A stretch of 64,000 bases of DNA, from NCBI GenBank assembly GCA_044867525.1, contig JBIOVB010000016.1:23685-87684 (forward strand), in the 5' to 3' direction. Positions 45,555-53,563 of the stretch are shown in pieces. The stretch is from Acidimicrobiia bacterium. Lineage in GTDB: Bacteria; Actinomycetota; Acidimicrobiia; Spongiisociales; ZC4RG35. A program made the position numbers and the translations under genes. The notes under the pieces were generated by a model. It was not told where the DNA came from. It was given only the letters and a program-made list of their open reading frames with translations, and did no database searches. Position 1 is the first letter of the stretch; every line of letters begins with the position of its first letter.

Positions 45555-45856
45555 CCGCGCTGGGCCTCTCGCAGGAAGTCGATGAGACGATCCACTTGAT
45601 CGCCGGTGAGGGTCGTCGCGAACGAGGGCATCCGACCTCGGCCCTGGGTGATGGTGGCGACCAGGAAGTCGTCGGGCTGCTCTGCCGCATTCGTCCCCGG
45701 CCCCAGAGCAGGCCCCAGCCCTCCCTCCATCGCCGCCCCGTGGCAGTTGGCGCACACCTGGAGGTAGATCTCCTCACCAGTTGCGTCCTGCGGAGGCCGA
45801 CCCACGCATGACGGGAGCATCGCAAGTATCAGCATTGCGATCAGCGGACGCCTCAT
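45551..45856 (-). CDS. Small class I c-type cytochrome (lipoprotein-type signal)
   Basis: 101 aa with signal IAMLILAMLPSC, haem motif CANCH and a distal Met region (GRMPSF). Confidence 0.8.
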   Translation of the reverse strand: MRRPLIAMLILAMLPSCVGRPPQDATGEEIYLQVCANCHGAAMEGGLGPALGPGTNAAEQPDDFLVATITQGRGRMPSFATTLTGDQVDRLIDFLREAQRG

Positions 45857-45863
45857 GGGGCGG

Positions 45864-45869
45864 ATGCTA
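45864..45869 (-). promoter_or_regulatory. -10-like hexamer TAGCAT, 7 nt upstream of the cytochrome c ATG 45856
   Basis: The plus strand reads ATGCTA. Coordinates are anchored on the ORF track and may be off by 1 nt. Confidence 0.35.
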
Positions 45870-45889
45870 TGGGCCGGCGTCGATGCGAC

Positions 45890-46933
45890 TCAATCCGGAC
45901 CGCCGGACTCGAGCCTCTCGACGATGTCGCGGACCTGCTGCGACCTGTCACGGGGAACCACCAGCACTGCGTCGTCGGTTTCGATGACCACCACGTCGTC
46001 GAGACCGAGCACTGCGACCAGGCGTGACGTCGCCCGAACATAGGAGCCGGTGACCTCCGCGATCAGCACATCACCGGCAATCGCATTGCCGTCAGGATCA
46101 TGAGGCGTGACCTCCCAGACCGCCTGCCACGAGCCGACGTCACTCCAGCCGATATCGACAGGGACGACCACGGCTCTTTCGGTGCGCTCGATGACGGCGT
46201 GGTCGATGGAGATCGAGGGGGCTTCGACGAAGTCCGGGCCCAGCTCCACACGAGAACCCGGGTCGGGGGGCAGCGCCCGACCGACCGACGCCACGAGATC
46301 GGGCTCGACCGTTTCGCACTCCTCGAGGATGACACGCGCCGAGAACACGAACATCCCCGAGTTCCAGAGATGTCGCCCGTCGCTCAGGTACTCCTCTGCG
46401 AGCGCAGGCACCGGCTTTTCCTTGAACCGGGCCACCTGGAAGCCATCGCCGACCGCGTCTCCGATCTCGATGTACCCGTAGCCGGTCTCGGGACGGCTCG
46501 GTTGCACCCCGAAAAGGACGATCGACCCCGCTCGGGCAATCTCAACCGCAGATCCAACTGCAGTACGGAAGCCGTCTCGGTCGGTGATGACATGATCGGC
46601 GGGCAGCACCACCAGGATGTCGTCCGGATCGGCGACCAGGGCCGCGGCGATCACAGCAGGTGCTGTGTTTCGCCCCGAGGGCTCCACGAGGATGGAACGG
46701 ACCCCGACCCCCGTCGTGTCGACCGCGTGCGTCACCGCATCGAGGTGCTCGATCCCGGTGGCGATCAGCGCCGGAGCCACGCCCTCGAGACTTGCCGCAC
46801 GCGTGAGCGTGGCCTCGAACAGGGTGTGCCCCAGAAGATCGAGGAACTGTTTGGGATTGTCGCGAGTCGACAGGGGCCAAAGCCGGGTGCCGGAGCCCCC
46901 GGAGAGAATCACTGGCCGAACTGGGGATGACAC
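45890..46933 (-). CDS. manC: Mannose-1-phosphate guanylyltransferase
   Basis: The nucleotidyltransferase motif is ILSGGSGTRLWPLS. The GTG 46933 start is supported by a TACCCT hexamer 6 nt upstream. Confidence 0.8.
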   Translation of the reverse strand: MSSPVRPVILSGGSGTRLWPLSTRDNPKQFLDLLGHTLFEATLTRAASLEGVAPALIATGIEHLDAVTHAVDTTGVGVRSILVEPSGRNTAPAVIAAALVADPDDILVVLPADHVITDRDGFRTAVGSAVEIARAGSIVLFGVQPSRPETGYGYIEIGDAVGDGFQVARFKEKPVPALAEEYLSDGRHLWNSGMFVFSARVILEECETVEPDLVASVGRALPPDPGSRVELGPDFVEAPSISIDHAVIERTERAVVVPVDIGWSDVGSWQAVWEVTPHDPDGNAIAGDVLIAEVTGSYVRATSRLVAVLGLDDVVVIETDDAVLVVPRDRSQQVRDIVERLESGGPD

Positions 46934-46939
46934 CGGGCG

Positions 46940-46945
46940 AGGGTA
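46940..46945 (-). promoter_or_regulatory. -10-like hexamer TACCCT, 6 nt upstream of the manC GTG 46933
   Basis: The plus strand reads AGGGTA. Confidence 0.4.
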
Positions 46946-47001
46946 CCCGGCTCCGCTGGCGCTCTTCGGCCGTCTCGGCGTCGCTAATTTGCCGGCAGCC
47001 G

Positions 47002-47907
47002 ATGAGCGCAATCAGGGCCAGTGGCCTCACCAAGTCGTACGGGCCGGTTGAGGCCCTACTTGGCTTCGACCTCGAAGTGGAGACCGGCGAGGTGCTGGCG
47101 TTGCTCGGCCCCAACGGAGCGGGTAAGACCACGGCGGTCGAAATCCTCGAGGGCTACCGACGTCCTGACAGGGGAACCGTCGAAGTGCTCGGCGAGGATC
47201 CGATGAAAGCCGGCGTCGCGCTCAAGCAGCGGATCGGGATCGTCCTTCAGGAAGCGGGGCTCGAAGACGAGCTGACAGTTCGCGAGTCGATCGATGCCCT
47301 TCGGCCCGCCTACCAGAGCCCAAGAGACACCGACGAGCTGATTGCGACCGTCGGGTTGGTCGAGAAGGCCGACGAGCGCGTCAAACGGCTGTCCGGCGGC
47401 CAGAAGAGGCGCCTCGATCTTGCCCTCGCCCTCACCGGCAACCCGGAGCTCCTGTTCCTCGACGAGCCGACGACAGGCTTCGATCCCGCGGCGCGACGAG
47501 ATGCGTGGGCACTCGTCAAGAGCATGGCCGACGCCGGGACAACCGTCCTCCTCACGACCCACTATCTGGAGGAGGCTCAGGTCTTGGCGGACAGAGTGAT
47601 CGTGATCAGGTCGGGGAAGGTGGTAGCCGAAGGCCCGCCCGACAGTCTTGGGAATCGGATGACTGCGGCAGCCACCATCCGATTCAGACTCCCGGATCCG
47701 AACGATGCGGCAAAGCTCGGCGTCGAGCCCGGGCCCGATGGCCTGGTGATTGTGATGAGCGAGGCTCCCACCAGGGATCTCAACCGAATTACCGGAGCCG
47801 CGCTCGATGCGGGGATCGAACTCGATGCCCTGCAGGTCCTGCGACCCTCACTCGAGGACGCCTACTTGGAGTTGATCGGAAACCATGAAGCTGACACCTC
47901 GCGTTGA
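47002..47907 (+). CDS. ABC transporter ATP-binding protein (DrrA-like, ABC-2 system)
   Basis: Walker A GPNGAGKTT, signature LSGGQKRRL, Walker B LLFLDEP. Start at ATG 47002. Confidence 0.9.
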   Translation: MSAIRASGLTKSYGPVEALLGFDLEVETGEVLALLGPNGAGKTTAVEILEGYRRPDRGTVEVLGEDPMKAGVALKQRIGIVLQEAGLEDELTVRESIDALRPAYQSPRDTDELIATVGLVEKADERVKRLSGGQKRRLDLALALTGNPELLFLDEPTTGFDPAARRDAWALVKSMADAGTTVLLTTHYLEEAQVLADRVIVIRSGKVVAEGPPDSLGNRMTAAATIRFRLPDPNDAAKLGVEPGPDGLVIVMSEAPTRDLNRITGAALDAGIELDALQVLRPSLEDAYLELIGNHEADTSR

Positions 47908-48292
47908 AGAGCGCCTGGGCGCGACCCATCTGATCTGGCTGACCACGGTGACGCCCGAAGGGGAGCCCCAGCCCTCGCTGGTCTGGTTCTGGTGGGATGG
48001 GACTGACTTCCTGATCTACTCACAGCCGGAACGGCCCAAACTGAGGAACATCGCCAACAACCCGTCGGTAGCCCTGAATCTCGATGCGATGGGCCGGGGG
48101 CGGGAAGAAGTGACAGTCATCCAGGGCACGGCGCTGATCGATTCCGGGGCGCCCTCCGTGGCACAGCACCCCGAGTACCTGGCCCGATACCGACGCCTGA
48201 TCGAAGAGGACCTCGCGATGACGGTCGAAGAATTCAGCGCCAGCTATTCGGTCCCGATCCGGGTCACGCCGGCCTCGACCCGGGTCTGGTGA
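47885..48292 (+). CDS. PPOX-fold (pyridoxamine 5'-phosphate oxidase family) protein, probably F420-dependent
   Basis: 135 aa. THLIWLTTVTPEGEPQPSLVWFWWDG is typical of the actinobacterial PPOX class of probable F420 enzymes. It overlaps the ATPase gene by 23 nt and the permease gene by 4 nt (GTGA). Confidence 0.7.
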   Translation: MKLTPRVEERLGATHLIWLTTVTPEGEPQPSLVWFWWDGTDFLIYSQPERPKLRNIANNPSVALNLDAMGRGREEVTVIQGTALIDSGAPSVAQHPEYLARYRRLIEEDLAMTVEEFSASYSVPIRVTPASTRVW

Positions 48293-49092
48293 TCGGGGTG
48301 GCGATACCGGCTTCGTTGCTGCGGTCGGAGACCGGGGTCCAAACCAAGATCTTCTTCAGGACGCCGATCGCCGCGTTCTTCACCCTCGCGTTCCCGCTCT
48401 TCTTCCTGGTCCTGATCAATCTCCTGAACTCGGGAGCAACGATCGAGTCGATGGGTGGCATCTCGGTGGCCCAGTTCACCACTCCCGGGATCGCAGTATT
48501 CGGGATGGTCACCGCGACTTTCACCAACCTGGCCATCAACACCGCCAATGCCAGAGACACCGGCGTGTTGAAGCGGGTGCTCTCGACACCTATCCCGATG
48601 CCCGCCCATCTCGCAGGGAGACTGCTCTCGGCGGTTCTGATCGGCCTGCTCTCGGTGGTGATCATGCTGGCGATCGGAGTGCTCGCCTTTGCTGTGGAGA
48701 TGCCGTGGGGGGATCTCCCTCTGATCGTCTTCCTCATGGCCCTCGGGGCTGCCACCTTTTCCGCGTTGGGCCTGGCGGTGGCCGGTCTGACACCCAACGC
48801 CCGATCGGCGCCGGCGATCGCCAACGCGTTCATACTCCCGCTGGCGTTCATCTCCGGGATCTTCTTCCCGATGGAAAATGCACCAGAATGGTTGGAGACC
48901 GTTGCCCGGCTGTTCCCCCTCCAACCCTTCGCCAGCGCGATGGTCGACATCTTCAACCCGACCCTGGATCCTCCATTTCCCTGGCAGGCGATCCTGACCA
49001 TGGGGATATGGCTCGCGGTCGGGGTCGTTGTCGCGATCCGGTCGTTCTCGTGGGAGCCCCGGGCCGGCGGGGGGCTTCGCAGCTCGGACTGA
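48289..49092 (+). CDS. ABC-2 type transporter permease
   Basis: 267 aa with six hydrophobic helices, DrrB-like. Confidence 0.8.
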   Translation: MIGVAIPASLLRSETGVQTKIFFRTPIAAFFTLAFPLFFLVLINLLNSGATIESMGGISVAQFTTPGIAVFGMVTATFTNLAINTANARDTGVLKRVLSTPIPMPAHLAGRLLSAVLIGLLSVVIMLAIGVLAFAVEMPWGDLPLIVFLMALGAATFSALGLAVAGLTPNARSAPAIANAFILPLAFISGIFFPMENAPEWLETVARLFPLQPFASAMVDIFNPTLDPPFPWQAILTMGIWLAVGVVVAIRSFSWEPRAGGGLRSSD

Positions 49093-49093
49093 G

Positions 49094-50266
49094 TCAGTCG
49101 GCTTCGGTGTCGTTGACACCGATCGAGATGTACCCGCACTCGTTGCAGATGTGACGGATGATCCCTATGCCTCCGGGAGCCTCGACGAACTCGTGGGAGT
49201 GGGCGCCCTTGTTCCGCACGAAGGCGGCGCGCACCGCCCCGAGAAGGCCCGACTTGTCGGCCGCTGCTGCGGTAGTGGCCGCCAGGGCAGGCTCTCTTGG
49301 CTCGAGCGTGGTCGTGGGTGCGGCGACGGTGTCGACCTGCTCGAAAGCACCGAGGTCGACCACCAATCGGCGGGGTGGCTCCACATCGGGCCCTGGGACC
49401 GGGACGGGATCGGGCTCCTCGGCGGCGGGTGGCTCGGGCTCCGACGACTCCGGGACCGCCTCGACCTCGGCGACGGTCTTTTGCTCCACGTCGGCCGCAG
49501 GCTCCAGCTCGATGTCGGCCGCAGGCTCCGGCACCGTATCGGCCGCAGGCTCCGGTTCCGCGTCGGTCACAGGCATCGGCTCGGGCTCGGGTTGGAACGC
49601 CTCAGCAGGATCGACCTCGGACATCGATTCTTCGGGGATGCGGCGAGAGACCAGGCCCGGGCCGGGACGAAGTGGCGCGGTCCCCGGCGTGACTTCGCGC
49701 GCGACCGACTCCGTGACGTCTCCGGGAACTTCGACCACGGGCTCGGGCTCGGCAATTGGGTCGGGCACGGCGACAGGCTGGTATGAGGGAGCGACCCTGC
49801 TCTCCGGATATGGGGTGAAGCGAATGGGTCGCTCGACGACTCCTGAGTCCTCGACTCCTTCAGGGGCTTCGTCGACCGACGCGGCATAGACCTCGAGATT
49901 GGCCAGCATCGCGTCTCGCAGTTCGGGGATTCGCGAGGGCCGCGTCCCGCGGCGAGACCGGCCAACCGCAACCATGCGCCGGGGAATGGTCATCGCCTTG
50001 TAACGGGCCCATGCCTCGGCCATGTGATCGACGCCTTTGTAGGCAAAGTCGACCGGCTCGTCGGCGATGAAGGTGATCTCCTCGCCGTCGAGTGACACCG
50101 AAAAGGCAGAGGAAACCAGACGTGAGGCATGCACGTCGAAAAGCGACCATCTACCAAGGGATTCGCCGTCGAGGAGCACCTCAGCCTGGCCATCTTCCAC
50201 CATGAAGATGGCGGGCACGCCGGGGTGATCGACTTCAGGAACCCTGACCTGTCCGGTGAATCTCAC
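49094..50266 (-). CDS. Hypothetical protein: globular N-domain, acidic Pro/Glu-rich repeat linker, C-terminal His/Cys knuckle
   Basis: 390-aa ORF with GC-rich third codon positions. The central region contains AEPEPAAD/TVPEPAAD/IELEPAAD repeats. The C-terminus has HSHEF...HICNECGY. I recognise no family, and the start is uncertain. Confidence 0.5.
   Translation of the reverse strand: MRFTGQVRVPEVDHPGVPAIFMVEDGQAEVLLDGESLGRWSLFDVHASRLVSSAFSVSLDGEEITFIADEPVDFAYKGVDHMAEAWARYKAMTIPRRMVAVGRSRRGTRPSRIPELRDAMLANLEVYAASVDEAPEGVEDSGVVERPIRFTPYPESRVAPSYQPVAVPDPIAEPEPVVEVPGDVTESVAREVTPGTAPLRPGPGLVSRRIPEESMSEVDPAEAFQPEPEPMPVTDAEPEPAADTVPEPAADIELEPAADVEQKTVAEVEAVPESSEPEPPAAEEPDPVPVPGPDVEPPRRLVVDLGAFEQVDTVAAPTTTLEPREPALAATTAAAADKSGLLGAVRAAFVRNKGAHSHEFVEAPGGIGIIRHICNECGYISIGVNDTEAD
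49490..49561 (-). repeat. Three tandem 24-nt in-frame coding repeats
   Basis: The units are GTCGGCCGCAGGCTCCAGCTCGAT, GTCGGCCGCAGGCTCCGGCACCGT and ATCGGCCGCAGGCTCCGGTTCCGC. They are contiguous and encode an 8-aa (x)xEPAAD unit on the minus strand. Confidence 0.8.
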
Positions 50267-50350
50267 CGTGTCACCGTCTTTTTCTCGCCCCAGCCGACGC
50301 CCGTGCAGCGTTTCACGATCCCATCATGCCCGGGAAAGTCAAGGGGAGAT

Positions 50351-53182
50351 TCACTCGTACGCCTCGAGCGGCGGGCAACTGCACATGAGATTTCTGTCTC
50401 CGCCGGGACCGTCGACCCGGCCCACCGGGGGCCAGTATTTCTCGCGTCCGGAGCCCGGGGCGGGAAAACCCGCGATCGAGCGGCCGTAGGGATGACCCCA
50501 GCCGTCGGCAGCAATGGCCTCTGCCGTGTGAGGTGCGTTCACCAAGGGGTTGTCGTCCCGGGACCACTCCCCGCTCTCCACCTTCCCTATCTCCTCGGCG
50601 ATCGAGATCATCGCATCGCAGAACCTGTCCAATTCGGCCAGGCTCTCGGACTCGGTTGGCTCGATCATGAGTGTCCCGACGACCGGGAACGAGAGCGTTG
50701 GAGCGTGGAATCCGTAGTCGGCCAGGCGCTTGGCGACGTCCTCTGCGTCGATCCCGGCGCTCCTGCCCATGGGTCGGACGTCGACGATGCACTCGTGGGC
50801 AACCCGGCCGTTCGATCCGCTGTAGAGCACAGGGAAGTATGGGTCGAGACGACGGGCCACGTAGTTCGCCGAGAGGATGGCGACCATCGATGCCTGGCGA
50901 AGCCCCTCGTCGCCCATCAACCGAATGAACGCGTAGGGGATGGGGAGGATCCCGGCGGATCCGTACGGCGCTCCCGAGACCGGGCCGATCCCATCGGACG
51001 GCCCCGCCCCCGCGTCCAGCGGGTGGTTGGGGAGGAAGGGTGCGAGATGGGACCGCGCGCCCACCGGGCCGACTCCTGGCCCGCCTCCGCCATGAGGGAT
51101 GGTGAAGGTCTTGTGGAGATTGAGATGCCCGATGTCGGCCCCGAGATCCCCGGGCCTCGCCAAGCCCACCATCGCATTGAGGTTGGCCCCGTCCACGTAG
51201 ACCTGCCCTCCGTGCTCGTGAACCAGCGAGGTGATGTCGAGGATGCCCTCCTCGAACACTCCGTGTGTCGACGGGTAGGTGATCATCAGGGCCGCGAGGT
51301 GATCGCCGTGCAACGCCAGCTTGGCCTCGACATCAGCCATGTCGACGTTGCCCTCGGGATCGGTGCCTACCACCACCACCTTCATCCCTGCCATGACAGC
51401 AGAGGCTGCGTTTGTCCCATGTGCAGAGGCCGGGATCAGGCAGACATCCCGCTGCCCCTCGCCACGATCCTGGTGATAGGCGCGGATCGACAGCAGCCCG
51501 GCCAGCTCTCCTTGGGAGCCTGCGTTTGGCTGAAGGGAGACGACGTCGTACCCGGTCAACGCACAGAGCTGGGCCTGGAGCCGGTCGACCAGCTCCCGAT
51601 AGCCGGCCGCCTGTTCCGCCGGGGCATATGGGTGGATCCTGCTGAACTCTGGCCAGGTGATCGGGATCATCTCAGTGGTGGCATTGAGCTTCATCGTGCA
51701 CGAGCCGAGGGGGATCATCGACCGGTCCAAGGCCAGGTCACGGTCGGCGAGCCGCCTCAGATAGCGGAGCATCTCGTGCTCCGAGTGGTAACTGCTGAAC
51801 ACCGGGTGGGTCAGGAACTCCGACTGCCTGCTCGCCCAGGGAGGGATGCCGGTACGCCCTGAGTCATCGCCGCTGTTGCCGACACCGAACGCAGCGAGGA
51901 CCGATGCCAGGACCTCTGGTGTCGTGGTCTCGTCCAGAGCCACTCTCACCCTGCCATCGTCGATCCGGCCCAGGTTCACGCCCGCGGCCAGTGCGGCAGC
52001 CAGGACTGAGCCCGCCCCTTCCGGCGTGAGCACGGTGAGCGTGTCGAACCACGAGTCGTTCTCCAACTCGCGACCCGACCGTCGCAGGCTCGACGCCAAC
52101 CTCGAAGTGAGCTCATGGGTCTCGATGGCGATGGCCCGGAGGCCGTCCGGGCCATGCCAGCAGGCATAGAGCCCGGCAATGACCGCCAGGAGCACCTGGG
52201 CGGTGCAGACATTCGAGGTCGCCTTCTCCCGGCGAATGTGCTGTTCACGGGTCTGGAGCGCCAAGCGGTAGGCGGTCTTGCCCGCCCGGTCGGTGGAGAC
52301 CCCGACGAGACGACCCGGCAGGGCGCGGACCATGCTCTCGCGGGTGACGATGAACCCGGCGTGAGGCCCCCCGTAGCCGAGCGGGACCCCGAAACGCTGG
52401 GCAGAGCCGACCGCGATGTCCGCCCCCCACTCGCCCGGTGGGGTGAGCAGTGTGAGGGCCAGCAGGTCAGTGGCCACGGCGACCAGCGCCCCATCGTCAT
52501 GCAGATCAGCGACCAACTGTCGGTGGTCGCCCACGTCACCCGACGACCCCGGATACTGGATCAGGGCACCGAACGCCGCGCCGGGCTCGATTCCCTCGGA
52601 CAGCATCCTGACCTCGATGCCCACCGCCTTTGCCCTGGTGCGCACCACTTCGATCGTGGGCACATGGCAGTCATCGTGGACGTAGAACACCTCGCGCCCT
52701 GACTTGCCGAGGCGGCGACACATCGCCATTGCCTCGGCGGCAGCCGTTGCCTCGTCGAGCAGGGATGCGTTGGCCACGTCGAGGCCCGTCAGGTCCGCCA
52801 CCATCGTCTGGAAGTTGAGGAGGGCCTCGAGCCGACCCTGCGATATCTCGGGCTGGTACGGGGTGTACGCCGTATACCAGGCCGGGCTCTCCAGCACGTT
52901 GCGCTGGATCACGGGAGGGGTGATCGTGTCGTGGTAGCCGACGCCGATCAAAGACGGGATCACCACGTTGCGCGACGCTATAGCCCGAAGCTCGGCCACA
53001 AGCTCGCCCTCGGAGATCGCGTCCGGGAGCTCGATTCCGGATCCGGCCCGGATGGCGGAAGGAATCGTCTCGGCCACCAGGGCCTCGAGGGATGGGGCGC
53101 CGACAGTGGCCAGCATCTTTTCGATGTCGTCGGGGCTGGGCCCGATGTGACGGTCGGCGAATCGCTCTCTGGGGTTGGGCAT
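50351..53182 (-). CDS. gcvP: Glycine dehydrogenase (decarboxylating), single-chain P protein
   Basis: 943 aa. The N-terminus [17 protein letters not shown] and the PLP region HLNLHKTF are classic GcvP. Confidence 0.95.
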   Translation of the reverse strand: MPNPRERFADRHIGPSPDDIEKMLATVGAPSLEALVAETIPSAIRAGSGIELPDAISEGELVAELRAIASRNVVIPSLIGVGYHDTITPPVIQRNVLESPAWYTAYTPYQPEISQGRLEALLNFQTMVADLTGLDVANASLLDEATAAAEAMAMCRRLGKSGREVFYVHDDCHVPTIEVVRTRAKAVGIEVRMLSEGIEPGAAFGALIQYPGSSGDVGDHRQLVADLHDDGALVAVATDLLALTLLTPPGEWGADIAVGSAQRFGVPLGYGGPHAGFIVTRESMVRALPGRLVGVSTDRAGKTAYRLALQTREQHIRREKATSNVCTAQVLLAVIAGLYACWHGPDGLRAIAIETHELTSRLASSLRRSGRELENDSWFDTLTVLTPEGAGSVLAAALAAGVNLGRIDDGRVRVALDETTTPEVLASVLAAFGVGNSGDDSGRTGIPPWASRQSEFLTHPVFSSYHSEHEMLRYLRRLADRDLALDRSMIPLGSCTMKLNATTEMIPITWPEFSRIHPYAPAEQAAGYRELVDRLQAQLCALTGYDVVSLQPNAGSQGELAGLLSIRAYHQDRGEGQRDVCLIPASAHGTNAASAVMAGMKVVVVGTDPEGNVDMADVEAKLALHGDHLAALMITYPSTHGVFEEGILDITSLVHEHGGQVYVDGANLNAMVGLARPGDLGADIGHLNLHKTFTIPHGGGGPGVGPVGARSHLAPFLPNHPLDAGAGPSDGIGPVSGAPYGSAGILPIPYAFIRLMGDEGLRQASMVAILSANYVARRLDPYFPVLYSGSNGRVAHECIVDVRPMGRSAGIDAEDVAKRLADYGFHAPTLSFPVVGTLMIEPTESESLAELDRFCDAMISIAEEIGKVESGEWSRDDNPLVNAPHTAEAIAADGWGHPYGRSIAGFPAPGSGREKYWPPVGRVDGPGGDRNLMCSCPPLEAYE

Positions 53183-53238
53183 CAGTCTCCTCAGGCTGTC
53201 AGCCCTCCCCCGCTGTCGTCACCTCCAGCGGCGCCTCG

Positions 53239-53320
53239 ACCGAATGGTCCACGTGCCTGAGAGTTTCCGGGGAGGAGTTGCCCCTTCGGCGCCCCGCAGC
53301 CCGGGGCTCTCCCATTCGGT
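53239..53320 (-). promoter_or_regulatory. Glycine riboswitch aptamer in the gcvP leader
   Basis: The minus-strand RNA reads ACCGAAUGGGAGAGCCCCGGGCUGCGGGGCGCCGAAGGGGCAACUCCUCCCCGGAAACUCUCAGGCACGUGGACCAUUCGGU. The P1 helix pairs ACCGAAUGG with CCAUUCGGU. The conserved GGAGAG, GCCGAAGGGGCAA and CUCAGGCA..GGAC blocks are present. GAGGAG and the gcvP AUG lie about 50 nt downstream. Confidence 0.85.
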
Positions 53321-53382
53321 GTCGAAGGCAGAGGTAATGATACGACGAACTTCGCTCCTCGCTGGAGATGTCTCATAGGGGG

Positions 53383-53466
53383 AGCCTCGCCGTTACTTTG
53401 CCGTCCGGCCCGGTCGGCATCCGACCGGCGCCAACCCCAACAACCGGGGCCTCAGTCGGGCGAGCC
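53383..53466 (-). other. Structured upstream leader element (possible degenerate or 'ghost' glycine aptamer)
   Basis: A closing helix (GCUCGCC with GGCGAG(G)C) encloses two hairpins. These are CCCC-GGUUGUU-GGGG and CCGGUCGG-AUG-CCGACCGG, followed by GGACGGCAAAGUAAC. The element lacks the GGAGAG and GAAGGGGCAA cores. Confidence 0.3.
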
Positions 53467-53520
53467 ACCCCAATGCGCCTGCTGATCAAGGCTCCGGCGT
53501 CCCTCTTCGGGAGGGACCAC

Positions 53521-53552
53521 GAGGGGCTCCGGTACCCCCACCGGAGCCCCTC
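53521..53552 (-). terminator. Strong GC hairpin 11 nt downstream of the ychF stop
   Basis: The perfect 12-bp stem pairs GAGGGGCTCCGG with CCGGAGCCCCTC around an 8-nt loop. The T-run (CTTTTT) is on the plus-strand side, not the ychF side. A second hairpin (GTCCCTC/GAGGGAC) lies at 53499-53517. Confidence 0.5.
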
Positions 53553-53563
53553 CTTTTTCGGGA

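Noticed and set aside
44686-45825. 379-aa minus-strand ORF in an alternative frame over menC and the cytochrome c gene.
   Set aside because: It is extremely Arg/Gly/Pro-rich. The competing frames encode a recognisable enolase-superfamily MenC and a CXXCH cytochrome.
48244-49139. Two 291-aa minus-strand ORFs opposite the ABC-2 permease gene.
   Set aside because: They are antisense to a coherent six-TM permease frame that is coupled to upstream genes, and they have no motifs.
49490-49561. The tandem 24-nt repeats as a CRISPR-like or minisatellite non-coding array.
   Set aside because: The units are contiguous with no spacers. They are in-frame within a GC3-biased ORF and encode a repeated peptide, so this is a coding repeat.
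50129-51862. 577-aa plus-strand ORF opposite gcvP (also 54678-55601 -, opposite gpsA).
   Set aside because: gcvP and gpsA are unambiguous. These are antisense artefacts.
53383-53466. A full second (tandem) glycine aptamer.
   Set aside because: The element has a plausible three-way-junction shape but lacks the GGAGAG and GAAGGGGCAA cores. It is reported only as a possible degenerate or ghost aptamer.
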